64,000 nucleotides of DNA, taken from contig CAKQKW010000006.1 of the NCBI GenBank assembly GCA_934249325.1, positions 3,491-67,490 on the forward strand, in the 5' to 3' direction. The stretch comes from an uncultured Clostridia bacterium. Its GTDB lineage: Bacteria > Bacillota > Clostridia > Christensenellales > Borkfalkiaceae. The notes beneath the pieces are model-generated. The model worked only from the letters and a program-made list of their open reading frames with translations. It was not told the DNA's origin and ran no database searches. Positions 46,926 through 57,288 of this stretch are shown one piece after another. The position numbers and the translations under genes were made by a program. Position 1 is the stretch's first letter. The number at the start of each line of letters is the position of its first letter.

Positions 46926-49775
46926 ATGTCGAAAAAAAGCGAAAAAACCGAGAAAATCGAAAAAAAAGAAAGTTCTTTTATCAATAAGGAACTGTGGGGA
47001 ATGGTTCTTATCGCTTCGTCGGCGTTTCTTTTTTTATGCCTCGTAACGGGAGATAATCTCTTTTCGCCCGTAGGAAAATGGTTGCAGGGTTTCCTCTTGG
47101 GGTTTTCGGGCTTTTTTTCGTTTCCTTTGCTTCTGTTCGTGTTTTTTTGCGGCTTCATGATCGTAATAGGCAGAAAGGTTCAAAACGGCAAGGGCAAACT
47201 CAACGCAGTTATGATTTCAATTTGTTTGGTTTGCGGTTTTGCGATTACTCACCTTGCTGTATCGCCCGTTGGCGGAAGTTCCGTAAGCGATTACTCGGCG
47301 TCGTGTTATAACGTCGGGTTCGGCGGTTTCGCCGTTTCGACCATAGGCGGAGTCCTTTTCGGGTTTATCGACGTTCTTCTCGTCAAATCGGTTTCCGCCG
47401 TCGGCACATACGTTATATGGTGTATAATCGCGACGATAGCGGCGTTTATCGCGCTCAGGGACGTTATCCTTCCGGGAAAACGCAACGAGGCGAAGAGGGC
47501 GAACGTTAAAGATAACGAAAATATTTCCGAGACGGGAGAAAGCGTTTCTTCTTTCGCTTCCTCTTCGGACGGTAACGAAAAACAAACCGAACGCAAGGAA
47601 AACGATTTTATCAAATCGCCTTCGGAGGTTCGTAAACGGACGCTTATAGTCGGAGGCGATTCCGATTTTGAAATGAAAAAGGAAGAACCCGCATACGCGG
47701 AAAAGAAAAGGTCGGACGAATATACCGATATTGCGAAAACTAAAAAGAAGCCGACCTATTACAGCGACGAATTCGATTCCGATTACGAGAGTAAAACGAG
47801 AAACGTTAAATCTTCGGGTTACGTTTCTTACGGCAAGAAAGACGAAGTACGTTACGATTCCAAAAAGAAAAGAGGAACCGCTTACGATATTCCGAGCGGC
47901 GGCGAGGACGACGGTATAAACGAAGACATTTATATGCCTAATTCTTTCAAAGCGGCGGTCTCCCGTCACGCTCAGAAAAAATCTTCCGCATATTCGAGCG
48001 ATATAGAAGAGCAGATGGAAGAGGTCAACAGCAAGGTCGGCGACGACGTAGTTACCGACAGTAAAGTGAGCCTTGACGAACCGCTTAACGGAACCGACGA
48101 TTTCGGGAGTAAAAACGTTTACGAAGATATTCCCAAACGCAGAACCGAGGCAGTAAAAGCCGAAAGCGAGCGAAACGATTATAAACAAAGCGGGTTTTCC
48201 AAGGCGGACGCTACGACAAGAAGCAGCGAAAAACCGACTTCCGAAAAGGGCGAAGAAGAGGAAGTAAACCCGTACGACGAGATGCCCTTGAATTTCAGAT
48301 ACAACGCTCCGCCGATTGATCTTCTGAAAACTTATTCGCGTGAAGAGAACTACGGCGAAGTCGAAATGTTCAAACACGAAAAAGCGGCTAAGATTATCAA
48401 CACGCTTAAAGTTCTCGGCGGCGTAGAGGTGACGCTTGCGAAAACCGTTCACGGACCTACGGTTACGAGATTCGATTTTGCGATTCCCGACAACGTGTCC
48501 ATTAAAACCGTTTTGAAATACGCGGACGACCTTAAATTAAGGCTCGAAACGAAAAACGAGATAAGAATTATCGCTATCCCCGGCGAATCGCTCATAGGTA
48601 TAGAGGTCGCGAACGACAAGCGTTCGATGGTGGGACTTAAAGACGTTATCGAAAGCGACGCTTTCAGAAACACGAAAAAGACTTCGCTCACTTTCGCAAT
48701 CGGCAAAGACATAGTAGGAAACCCCGTCGTCGCGGATATTACGAAAACGTTGCATCTGCTTATAGCGGGAGCGTCGGGAACGGGTAAAAGCGTAGGACTT
48801 AACACCTTGCTTATAAGTTGGTTCTATAAATACAGCCCCGCCGATTTGAGACTTATCATAGTCGACCCGAAACTCGTCGAGTTCAAAGTGTTCGAGGGTA
48901 TTCCGCATTTGCTTTTCGGAGACATTATCACAGACGCGAAAACGGCTGTCGCAATGCTCAACTGGGCGGTTAAGGAAATGGAAGCGAGATATGCGAAAAT
49001 GGCTAATCTCGTCGTCCATAACATAGAGGAATACAACGATTTAATCGATCCGAGAAAGGACAGAAAACTTCCGAAAATAGTGATCATAATCGATGAGTTC
49101 GCCGATCTTATGAGTACGGATAAGAAGAGTATCGAAGAGAAAATCGGCAGACTTGCTCAGAAAGCGAGAGCGGCGGGAATGTACCTTATACTCGCGACCC
49201 AAAGACCGTCGGTAAACATTATCGAAGGTTCTATCAAGACTAACTTTATTTCGCGTATGGCGTTTAAGATGTCCAACGGCACGGACTCTACGACTATTTT
49301 GGGCGAGGGCGGCGCGGAGAAACTTCTCGGCAACGGCGATCTTCTTTACAAAATGGGTTATATGACGAACTGCGAAAGAGCGCAGGGAGCGTATATCGAT
49401 ATGTCCGAGATAAAAGCGGTCGTAAACTATATCAAAGAAAACAATAAATGCTACTTTAATGAAGCGGCGATGAAGGAGATATCGGGCGAAGCGAATCCTC
49501 AAATCGAAGACGTAAACGGAAAAGAGTCGGGCGGTGACGCGAAAGACGTACCCGATTACTACATTAAAGCGTTGAAAATAGCGGTGGAACTCAGATACGT
49601 TTCCATATCGCTTATTCAGAGGAAACTCGATTCCTGCGGCTTCCCGAAAGCGGCGAAAATATTTGATTGGATGGTAAAACAGGGCTACGTTTTGAACAGT
49701 CAGACGGACAAACAAAAGCAGGTAACGCTTACGAAAGAGGAGTTCGACGAACTTTACGGAGATTATGACGTTTAA
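46926..49775 (+). CDS. ftsK: DNA translocase FtsK/SpoIIIE
   Basis: N-terminal TM helices and a long low-complexity linker precede the motor ('IAGASGTGKSV', 'IIIDEFADLM', 'ATQRPS') and the gamma wHTH ('ISLIQRKL'). ATG 46926 follows a GAGGTG. The track starts at GTG 46920. Confidence 0.9.
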   Translation: MSKKSEKTEKIEKKESSFINKELWGMVLIASSAFLFLCLVTGDNLFSPVGKWLQGFLLGFSGFFSFPLLLFVFFCGFMIVIGRKVQNGKGKLNAVMISICLVCGFAITHLAVSPVGGSSVSDYSASCYNVGFGGFAVSTIGGVLFGFIDVLLVKSVSAVGTYVIWCIIATIAAFIALRDVILPGKRNEAKRANVKDNENISETGESVSSFASSSDGNEKQTERKENDFIKSPSEVRKRTLIVGGDSDFEMKKEEPAYAEKKRSDEYTDIAKTKKKPTYYSDEFDSDYESKTRNVKSSGYVSYGKKDEVRYDSKKKRGTAYDIPSGGEDDGINEDIYMPNSFKAAVSRHAQKKSSAYSSDIEEQMEEVNSKVGDDVVTDSKVSLDEPLNGTDDFGSKNVYEDIPKRRTEAVKAESERNDYKQSGFSKADATTRSSEKPTSEKGEEEEVNPYDEMPLNFRYNAPPIDLLKTYSREENYGEVEMFKHEKAAKIINTLKVLGGVEVTLAKTVHGPTVTRFDFAIPDNVSIKTVLKYADDLKLRLETKNEIRIIAIPGESLIGIEVANDKRSMVGLKDVIESDAFRNTKKTSLTFAIGKDIVGNPVVADITKTLHLLIAGASGTGKSVGLNTLLISWFYKYSPADLRLIIVDPKLVEFKVFEGIPHLLFGDIITDAKTAVAMLNWAVKEMEARYAKMANLVVHNIEEYNDLIDPRKDRKLPKIVIIIDEFADLMSTDKKSIEEKIGRLAQKARAAGMYLILATQRPSVNIIEGSIKTNFISRMAFKMSNGTDSTTILGEGGAEKLLGNGDLLYKMGYMTNCERAQGAYIDMSEIKAVVNYIKENNKCYFNEAAMKEISGEANPQIEDVNGKESGGDAKDVPDYYIKALKIAVELRYVSISLIQRKLDSCGFPKAAKIFDWMVKQGYVLNSQTDKQKQVTLTKEEFDELYGDYDV

Positions 49776-51108
49776 TAAATTCAAGGAAAAAACCATCGGA
49801 GTTATCTCGCTCGGTTGCGACAAAAACAGAGTAGACACCGAAAAGATGCTCTCGATATTAGGATCGGACAAAATTACAAACGACTTAGCCGAGGCTCAGA
49901 TTGTAATAATCAACTCGTGCGCGTTTCTCGAAAGTTCGAGAAAAGAGGCGATTGATAACGTTTTTGAAGTCGACGAAATGCGTAAAAACGGCAAACTCGA
50001 AAAAATCGTTCTTACGGGCTGCATGCCGCAGAAATTCGTCGCCGAAATGTTCGACGAGTTCAAGGAAGTGGACGTGTTTTTGGGAACGGGCGACTATGAG
50101 TATCTCCCCGAGGCTATCGAAGTCGCTTACCGCGGCGAAAGGGTAAATTACGTAGGCAAGGGCAAACTTTTCAAAACCGAAAAGAGGGTTCTGACAACCC
50201 CTTTGCATTACGCTTATCTGAGGATAGCCGACGGTTGCAACAACCATTGCACCTACTGTCTGATACCCTCGATAAGAGGTAAATACCGTTCGGAAAAAGA
50301 GGAAGATTTAATTAAAGAAGCGGAGGGTCTCGGCGAAATCGCCGAACTCATAATCGTGGCTCAGGACATTACCTGTTACGGCACGGACTTATACGGCGAT
50401 TATAAACTCGTAGAACTCCTGCGTAAACTTTCCGAACTCGAAAACGTAGGTTCGATAAGGCTTTTGTACTGTTATCCCGACAAACTTTCCGACGAACTTA
50501 TCGCGGAAATCAAAAACAACGATAAGATTATCAAGTATCTCGATATTCCGCTTCAACATGCGGACAACGCAGTCTTAAAGAGAATGAATAGAAAGGGGAC
50601 GGGCGAGGAGTATTTGCGGCTGATTGAAAAACTCAGAAGTGAAATTCCCGAAATCGCTATTCGTTCGACCTTTATCGCGGGTTTCCCCGGCGAAACGGAA
50701 GAAGAATTTAAAAATTTGCTTTTGTTTATCAAAAAGGCGAAACTTACAAACGCGGGTTTCTTCGCTTATTCGAGAGAAGAGGGAACGCCGTCATATAAAA
50801 TGGCGGGGCAACTTGACGAAAAGACGAAAGAGGAACGAGTTAAAAAACTCTACGCCGAGCAGAGAAAAATATCGAGGAAAAACAACGAAAATCTTGTCGG
50901 AAAGACGGTAAAAGTTCTTTGCGACGGCGTTGACTACGATAAGCAGTCTTTTTACGGCAGAGCGTATTTTTCCGCTCCCGATATAGACGGAAAGGTATAC
51001 TTTACCTCAGATAAAGATATTTCTCAGGGCGAATATTACGACGTTCTGATAGAAAAATGCGACGACTACGACCTGTACGGAGGTGTTATAAATGAATCTG
51101 CCGAATAA
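49765..51108 (+). CDS. rimO: Ribosomal protein S12 methylthiotransferase RimO (radical SAM, TRAM domain)
   Basis: 'GVISLGCDKNRVDTE' and the radical-SAM 'CNNHCTYCLIP' are present, followed by a C-terminal TRAM domain. Confidence 0.85.
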   Translation: MTFNKFKEKTIGVISLGCDKNRVDTEKMLSILGSDKITNDLAEAQIVIINSCAFLESSRKEAIDNVFEVDEMRKNGKLEKIVLTGCMPQKFVAEMFDEFKEVDVFLGTGDYEYLPEAIEVAYRGERVNYVGKGKLFKTEKRVLTTPLHYAYLRIADGCNNHCTYCLIPSIRGKYRSEKEEDLIKEAEGLGEIAELIIVAQDITCYGTDLYGDYKLVELLRKLSELENVGSIRLLYCYPDKLSDELIAEIKNNDKIIKYLDIPLQHADNAVLKRMNRKGTGEEYLRLIEKLRSEIPEIAIRSTFIAGFPGETEEEFKNLLLFIKKAKLTNAGFFAYSREEGTPSYKMAGQLDEKTKEERVKKLYAEQRKISRKNNENLVGKTVKVLCDGVDYDKQSFYGRAYFSAPDIDGKVYFTSDKDISQGEYYDVLIEKCDDYDLYGGVINESAE

Positions 51109-51691
51109 ACTTACTTTAACGCGAATTATTCTTATTCCGTTCTTTATAGTTGCCTTTTACGGGCTTTACTTTACGGGACATTACTTTATATCTCTCGGAA
51201 TTTTCGCGATCGCTTCGATTACCGACTTTTTCGACGGCTATATAGCGAGAAAATATAATATGGTAACCGACCTCGGAAAATTTCTCGACCCCATAGCGGA
51301 CAAGGTTCTTGTTTTAACGGGACTTATCGTGCTTCTTGCCGACCCGAACTCCACGAACGTATTTACGCAAATCGGATCGTGGGGGCTTATCCTCGGCGGC
51401 GTTGGCGTTTCCGTTATTATGGCGAGAGAAATGACCGTTTCGTCTCTCCGTATGATGGCGGCGAAAAAAGGTATCGTTTTAGCGGCTGAAAAAATAGGCA
51501 AGGTTAAAACGTTTTTTACGGACGTAACTATTATAGTATTGCTGTTTACGGGCGATATGCTCGTACTTGCTCCGTCCGTCGGTAAAATTCTCGACTACGT
51601 CGGACTCGTCTGCTTCGGTATATCGGTAATTCTTACGGTAATATCGGGCGTTTCGTATCTCGTAAAGAACAAGGAAGTATTTGCCGAATGA
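51092..51691 (+). CDS. pgsA: CDP-diacylglycerol--glycerol-3-phosphate 3-phosphatidyltransferase
   Basis: 'NKLTL.RI' and 'DFFDGYIARK......GKFLDPIADK' (the CDP-alcohol phosphatidyltransferase motif) are present. Confidence 0.9.
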   Translation: MNLPNKLTLTRIILIPFFIVAFYGLYFTGHYFISLGIFAIASITDFFDGYIARKYNMVTDLGKFLDPIADKVLVLTGLIVLLADPNSTNVFTQIGSWGLILGGVGVSVIMAREMTVSSLRMMAAKKGIVLAAEKIGKVKTFFTDVTIIVLLFTGDMLVLAPSVGKILDYVGLVCFGISVILTVISGVSYLVKNKEVFAE

Positions 51692-52182
51692 TAAACGAAA
51701 AGGGCGAACTTTCGCCCGAAGTAACGCTCGTAGAACTTCTGAAACGGGAAAACGCGAAAATATCCGTCGCCGAGTCCTTTACGGGCGGCAACGTTTCCGC
51801 TCGCATAGTTTCGGTTTCGGGGGCAAGCAAAGTGTTTTACGAAGGTATCGTCGCCTACGATTCGGACGCGAAAGAAAAAAGACTTAACGTTTCCCGTTCG
51901 GCAATCGAAAACGATAAACCCGTTTCCGCAAGAGTTGCGGAAGAAATGGCGAAAGGGCTTATCGGAACGGGAACGGTAGATTACGCCGTGTCTACGACGG
52001 GCATTGCGGGACCGAATTCCGACGATTCCGATTTTCCCGTCGGACTGTGTTATATAGGTGTGGCGACTAAGAATAGCGTTACGGCTTACAAGTATAATTT
52101 CAGCGGCAACAGAGAGGAAGTAATAAGAAAAGGAACCGAAGAGGCTCTTTTACTCGCGATAAAAACTATAAAAAAATTGTAA
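51688..52182 (+). CDS. pncC: CinA C-terminal domain protein / nicotinamide-nucleotide amidohydrolase PncC
   Basis: 'AESFTGG' and 'TGIAGP' are present. An ATGA overlap joins it to pgsA. The pgsA-cinA-recA synteny is classical. Confidence 0.85.
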   Translation: MINEKGELSPEVTLVELLKRENAKISVAESFTGGNVSARIVSVSGASKVFYEGIVAYDSDAKEKRLNVSRSAIENDKPVSARVAEEMAKGLIGTGTVDYAVSTTGIAGPNSDDSDFPVGLCYIGVATKNSVTAYKYNFSGNREEVIRKGTEEALLLAIKTIKKL

Positions 52183-52196
52183 TATAAGGAGATAAT

Positions 52197-53207
52197 ATGT
52201 TAGAAGAAAAGCAAAAAGCGCTCGACCTCGTCTTGAAAGAGATTGAGAAACAATACGGCAAGGGCGCTATCATGAAACTCGGGCAGAGTTCGGCGGACAT
52301 TAAAATAGACGTTATTCCCACGGGTTGTCTCACGCTTGATTTGGCTCTCGGAATCGGCGGCGTACCTCGCGGAAGAATTATCGAAATTTTCGGACCGGAG
52401 TCTTCGGGTAAAACGACGGTTGCGCTTCACGTTATCGCTCAGACTCAAAAGATGGGCGGCGTTGCGGCGTTTATCGACGCGGAACACGCTTTGGACCCCG
52501 TTTACGCAGGCAAACTCGGCGTAAACCTCGACGACCTTTACGTTTCGCAACCCGATACGGGCGAACAGGCTCTCGACATAACCGAACATCTCGTAAGAAG
52601 CGGCGCGGTTGACGTCGTAGTCGTAGACTCGGTTGCCGCGCTTACCCCAAAGGCTGAAATCGAGGGGGATATGGGCGATAGTCACGTCGGTTTGCAGGCG
52701 AGACTTATGTCTCAGGCTTTAAGAAAACTCACGGGTATTACCAACAAATCGAAAACCTGCGTAATATTTATCAACCAGTTAAGAGAAAAAGTCGGCGTTA
52801 TGTTCGGCAACCCCGAAGTAACCCCCGGCGGCAAGGCGTTGAAATTCTATTCGTCTATAAGAATAGACGTAAGAAAAGCCGACGCTTTAAAGGATAGCGA
52901 CGGAATGTTTGGTAACAGGACGAAAGCGAAGATTGTCAAAAACAAACTTGCTCCCCCGTTCAAAACGGCGGAATTCGATATTATTTACGGCGAAGGAATT
53001 TCTCAGACGGGCTGTCTCGTCGACCTCGGCGTAGAATACGGAATTCTCGAAAAGAGCGGCTCGTGGTTCTCGTATAACGGCGAGAAAATCGCTCAGGGCA
53101 GAGATAAAGCGAAAGATTATCTTGCCGCGAACCCCGAAATCGCAAAAGAAATCGAAGAAAAAATCAGAGCGGCTGTCGCCGAGGCTCAGTCTAAAAAAGA
53201 TAACTGA
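52197..53207 (+). CDS. recA: Recombinase RecA
   Basis: '[16 protein letters not shown]', 'FIDAEHALD' and 'FINQLREK' are present. Confidence 0.95.
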   Translation: MLEEKQKALDLVLKEIEKQYGKGAIMKLGQSSADIKIDVIPTGCLTLDLALGIGGVPRGRIIEIFGPESSGKTTVALHVIAQTQKMGGVAAFIDAEHALDPVYAGKLGVNLDDLYVSQPDTGEQALDITEHLVRSGAVDVVVVDSVAALTPKAEIEGDMGDSHVGLQARLMSQALRKLTGITNKSKTCVIFINQLREKVGVMFGNPEVTPGGKALKFYSSIRIDVRKADALKDSDGMFGNRTKAKIVKNKLAPPFKTAEFDIIYGEGISQTGCLVDLGVEYGILEKSGSWFSYNGEKIAQGRDKAKDYLAANPEIAKEIEEKIRAAVAEAQSKKDN

Positions 53208-53227
53208 ACAGATTAAAATACTAAAAT

Positions 53228-53255
53228 ACGCCTTTTCCCGAGAGGGAAAAGGCGT
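53228..53255. terminator. Hairpin between convergent recA and the 53268 gene (terminator-like; the U-tract fits the minus-strand transcript better)
   Basis: A perfect 12-bp stem 'acgccttttccc-gaga-gggaaaaggcgt'. Confidence 0.6.
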
Positions 53256-53267
53256 AAAAGTAAAAAT

Positions 53268-54446
53268 TTAAAATTCTATAACCGAAAGTTTCGTACAAAG
53301 GGTCGCGTCGGCGAGTTTTTCGCATTTGCCGTCGGCGTTGATTAAAACGATATGTTTTCCGTTGGTGTAGATTATCCGACCGCCGCTTAAAATTCGGTAG
53401 TCGATAACTCCGTTTTTAACGGGCGTAACGTTGCCGTTTCGGTCTCGTTTTACGAGTTGCCATGACCACGGAGCGATGCCTGCGAAATTGTCTTTGTGTC
53501 TCAGGTTTTTCTTGTATTCTTCGTTCGCGTTTATGAGATTGTCCTCTATGACTATCTCCCTCGGCGATTTATCCATCGTTTTAGCGGGGTTGTTCGATTT
53601 TTCTGAAAAACCCTTGCCCGTAAACATAGTGGTGAAGAGTTCAAAGAAATAGAAAATCGCTTTAAAGAGTTTCCACGGAATAAGCAAAACGTCCAGAAGC
53701 GTTCCGAAAACGCTGCGTTTGTTCTCTTTTTCGGGGCGAATTATGTAATACAAATTGCCGTCCGTATCGTCTTTGGGTTTTACGAGCGACTTTTTTTCGT
53801 CCGATAAAATCTCTTCGACGTCGCCGCCGAATAAATCGTAGGTATAAACGGACGACGGCGAATATCTGACAAATTCCCCTCGGCTGTTTCTGCCCGCTCC
53901 TTTGGAAGCGAAATAGACGAGAGAATCGTTACGAGCGGAGAATACCGCGTCGAAATCGGCGCTGTCGCCGTCGGTGACGGTCATATAGTCGCTCGAATCT
54001 ATATCGTAAACCGCAAGGTGTGAATTGACGAAATTGTCTTTTACGCAGGTTACGAGTCTTTTTCCGGTTTTGTCGGGAAACGCCCCGTTAAAGACGAGTT
54101 CGCGGGAGTGAATTATATGCCCCTCGTTGTCTTTTTCGCTCGTAAGGTCTTTCGTAATTATTCCCGAGAGTTGGTCTACGGTTATAGAATATACGATTTT
54201 GTCGGGAGAATTTAAAAAATCTACCGAGTTGAAATACGAAATATCGCCGCTTGCTTCGTCCGTATCGTAAACGTCGCCTACGCCCATAAAACGGGCTCCC
54301 GCTCCTTTCGTTTTCCATTCGGAATCTCTCGCGGCTTTTCTTGCGGCTTCCGCGTAATTCGAGTGAAATTCGGATTCGTAACTTTTTGCGACGCCGTTCT
54401 CGACCGTTTTCAGCGTAAGTCCGTCGTTAAACACTATCTTATACAT
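53268..54446 (-). CDS. Hypothetical protein (beta-rich, with one internal hydrophobic segment)
   Basis: This is a 392-aa ORF with coding-like composition on the opposite strand to its neighbours. I recognised no family. The hydrophobic stretch is 'LLDVLLIPWKLFKAIFYFFELFTTMF'. Confidence 0.45.
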   Translation of the reverse strand: MYKIVFNDGLTLKTVENGVAKSYESEFHSNYAEAARKAARDSEWKTKGAGARFMGVGDVYDTDEASGDISYFNSVDFLNSPDKIVYSITVDQLSGIITKDLTSEKDNEGHIIHSRELVFNGAFPDKTGKRLVTCVKDNFVNSHLAVYDIDSSDYMTVTDGDSADFDAVFSARNDSLVYFASKGAGRNSRGEFVRYSPSSVYTYDLFGGDVEEILSDEKKSLVKPKDDTDGNLYYIIRPEKENKRSVFGTLLDVLLIPWKLFKAIFYFFELFTTMFTGKGFSEKSNNPAKTMDKSPREIVIEDNLINANEEYKKNLRHKDNFAGIAPWSWQLVKRDRNGNVTPVKNGVIDYRILSGGRIIYTNGKHIVLINADGKCEKLADATLCTKLSVIEF

Positions 54447-54476
54447 ATAGAAAATTATATCACAATAGGTGAAATT

Positions 54477-54932
54477 ATGTCAAGAGGAGATAAAGCATTT
54501 GAATATTTTAATAACGGATATAACTGTTCGCAAGCGATTATTCTTGCGTTTGCCGATTTATTTCCCGATAAAGCCGACGATTTGGTCAAGACAATGTCGT
54601 CGTTCGGCGGTGGCTTCGGACGGCTTCGCGAAGTGTGCGGAGCGTTTTCGGGTATCTGCGCCGTAGCGGGGCTTTTAGTCGGTTTCGACGGCAAAAACGG
54701 AGTATCGAAAGCCGAACATTACGCTTTTATCAGAAGTCTTGCGGACGAATTTAAAAAAGAAAACGGCTCGCTTATTTGCCGCGAACTTTTGGGCGGTACG
54801 ATAAAATTATCGTCCGACGACCCTTCTATAAGAACGGAAGAATACAGAAAGAAAAGACCTTGTCCCGAGATATGTAAAATCGCCGCGGATATACTCGAAA
54901 GAAACCTGAAAGAAAGATATGGAATCTCTTAA
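54477..54932 (+). CDS. C_GCAxxG_C_C family redox-active protein
   Basis: 'YNCSQAIILAF' and 'CGAFSGICAV' (C-G-A-x-x-G-x-C) are present. ATG 54477 has an AGGTGA SD. The longer track ORF overlaps the convergent gene. Confidence 0.75.
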   Translation: MSRGDKAFEYFNNGYNCSQAIILAFADLFPDKADDLVKTMSSFGGGFGRLREVCGAFSGICAVAGLLVGFDGKNGVSKAEHYAFIRSLADEFKKENGSLICRELLGGTIKLSSDDPSIRTEEYRKKRPCPEICKIAADILERNLKERYGIS

Positions 54933-56115
54933 AACACTTTACAAAATAGGCAGAGGGCCGTCGAGTTCTCATACCATGGGACCTGAAAAAGCCTGTAAGA
55001 TATTCAAAGCCGAATACGGCGACGCCGACAAATACGTCGTAACCCTTTACGGCTCGTTGTCGGCTACGGGCAAAGGACATCTTACAGATAAAGTCGTGGA
55101 AGAAACGCTCGGAAATGATAAAACCGAAGTGATTTTCGGCGAAACCGAGGGTAGTTTTTTTCATCCCAATACTATGAAAATACGCGCCGAGAAAAACGGC
55201 GAAACCGTAGCCGAAAAGACTTTTTACAGTATCGGTGGCGGCGAAATAAAAATAGAGGGCGAAACGTACGATAAAGCGAAAGATTTATATCCGCATAATT
55301 CTTTTGCCGAAATTAAGGAGTTTTGTAAACAAAATAACCTTAAATTATGGCAGTACGTCGAGGTGTTTGACGAACCCGACTTGTTTGATTATCTGTCAAA
55401 AGTATGGAACGCGATGCAGAAATGCGTGAGAGACGGTCTTTCCGCATCGGGCGTTTTACCCGGCGGTCTTAACACCGAGAGAAAGGCGAAAACTCTTTTC
55501 GAGCAGTACGCCTTGAACGAATCGCCCGTTGCGAGACAAAACAGGATTGTTTGCGCCTACGCGTTCGCGTGTTCGGAAAACAACGCGGGCGGAGGCGAGG
55601 TTGTAACCGCTCCGACTTGCGGTTCGTGCGGCGTTTTGCCGGCGGTACTGAAATATCTGAAAGATAAAAACGACGTTCCCGAAAAGGAAATTCTTAAAGC
55701 GTTGGCTGTTGCTGGCGTTATAGGTAATATCGTCAGGACAAATGCGTCTATAAGCGGCGCGGAGTGCGGCTGTCAGGCTGAAGTCGGCGTGGCGTGCGCT
55801 ATGTCGTCTGCGGCGGTCGCGAGCCTTTACGGAATGGATATCGACCAGATAGAATACGCTTCCGAAATTGCCATAGAGCATCATTTAGGTCTAACCTGCG
55901 ACCCGATTTGCGGACTTGTTCAGATTCCGTGTATCGAAAGAAACGCAGTCGCCGCTTTAAGAGCGTTAAACGAAGTTACGCTCGCTACTTTCCTTACGGG
56001 AAGCAGGAAAATAACCTTCGACGAGGCTGTCGCTACAATGTACGAGACGGGCAGAGACCTCGGCAACAAATACAGAGAGACTTCCAAAGGCGGTCTCGCA
56101 AAATTGCGTAAATAA
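54919..56115 (+). CDS. sdaA: L-serine ammonia-lyase (iron-sulfur dependent, single-chain form)
   Basis: 'YKIGRGPSSSHTMGP' is present, along with the Cys ligand region 'APTCGSCGV'. Confidence 0.85.
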   Translation: MESLKTLYKIGRGPSSSHTMGPEKACKIFKAEYGDADKYVVTLYGSLSATGKGHLTDKVVEETLGNDKTEVIFGETEGSFFHPNTMKIRAEKNGETVAEKTFYSIGGGEIKIEGETYDKAKDLYPHNSFAEIKEFCKQNNLKLWQYVEVFDEPDLFDYLSKVWNAMQKCVRDGLSASGVLPGGLNTERKAKTLFEQYALNESPVARQNRIVCAYAFACSENNAGGGEVVTAPTCGSCGVLPAVLKYLKDKNDVPEKEILKALAVAGVIGNIVRTNASISGAECGCQAEVGVACAMSSAAVASLYGMDIDQIEYASEIAIEHHLGLTCDPICGLVQIPCIERNAVAALRALNEVTLATFLTGSRKITFDEAVATMYETGRDLGNKYRETSKGGLAKLRK

Positions 56116-56124
56116 GAAAACAAA

Positions 56125-57288
56125 ATGTATACCGTATATCTAAAAAGAAACGAAGAGAAAAAAATTTTAAACGGCTACCCTTGGATATTTGCGAACGAAG
56201 TCTATAAAATCGAAGGAAAAGGATTGCAAGGTTCGGTCGCGGAAGTAAGAGGTTTCGACGGCAGATTTATAGGTTTTGGTACGATAAATCATCACTCGAA
56301 AATTATCGTAAGAATACTTACGTTAAAAAACGAAACAATCGACAGAGACTTTTATCTCGCAAGGGTAAAAGAAGCGGTAAAAGCGAGAGAAGAACTCGGC
56401 TATTTAGATAATTACAGAGCGGTATTCGCCGAGTCGGATTTTCTTCCCGGACTTATCGTCGATAAATACGGCGAATATCTTTCGGTACAGTTTTTGTCTC
56501 TCGGTATGGAGACGATAAGAGAACTTATTATCGGAATACTCGTAGAAGTATTTGCGTCGAAGGGAATATACGAAAGAAGCGACGTTCCCGTAAGAGAAAA
56601 GGAAGGGCTTGAAAAGCGAAAAGGCGTTATTTACGGCGATTTTATTCCTAAGGTTACGATAGCCGAAAACGGTCTGAAAATGGTCGTAGACCTCGAAAAC
56701 GGACAAAAAACGGGATATTTTCTTGATCAGAAAGAGAACAGAGACAATCTGAAATACTACGTTAAAGGCAAAAACGTACTCGATTGTTTTTGTAATGAAG
56801 GCGGTTTTTCGCTTTGCGCGGCTAAATACGGAGCAAAGGAAGTGACGGCGGTAGATATAAGCGAGAAGGCAATCGAACTCGTAAAGGAAAACGCCGCTTT
56901 AAACTCTCTTACGATACAAACCGAAGTTGCGGACGTGTTCGAGAAACTCAGGGAGTACAAGAAGGATAGAAGGAAGTTCGGAGTAGTCGTTCTCGATCCG
57001 CCGGCGTTTACGAAATCCACCGATACGGTGAAGGAAGGGTATAAGGGCTACAAGGACGTGAACGTAAACGGACTTAAAATCGTCGAAAAAGGCGGCTATC
57101 TCGTCACTTGCAGTTGTTCTCAGCATTTAACGCTTAATCTTTTTTTGCAAATGATTAAAGAAAGCGTAATCGAGAGCGGAGTGAGGGCAAAACTCGTCGA
57201 ACTCAGAATGCAAAGCAAAGACCATGCGTGCGTTATAGGCTACGACGAGAGTTTGTATTTGAAAGTTGCGGTTGTAAAGGTGTTATAA
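56125..57288 (+). CDS. rlmI: Class I SAM-dependent rRNA (cytosine-C5) methyltransferase, RlmI-like (PUA plus MTase)
   Basis: 'GYPWIF.NEV' marks the PUA N-terminus. 'QKTGYFLDQ', 'VLDCFC..GGFS' and 'VVLDPPAF' are also present. Confidence 0.8.
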   Translation: MYTVYLKRNEEKKILNGYPWIFANEVYKIEGKGLQGSVAEVRGFDGRFIGFGTINHHSKIIVRILTLKNETIDRDFYLARVKEAVKAREELGYLDNYRAVFAESDFLPGLIVDKYGEYLSVQFLSLGMETIRELIIGILVEVFASKGIYERSDVPVREKEGLEKRKGVIYGDFIPKVTIAENGLKMVVDLENGQKTGYFLDQKENRDNLKYYVKGKNVLDCFCNEGGFSLCAAKYGAKEVTAVDISEKAIELVKENAALNSLTIQTEVADVFEKLREYKKDRRKFGVVVLDPPAFTKSTDTVKEGYKGYKDVNVNGLKIVEKGGYLVTCSCSQHLTLNLFLQMIKESVIESGVRAKLVELRMQSKDHACVIGYDESLYLKVAVVKVL

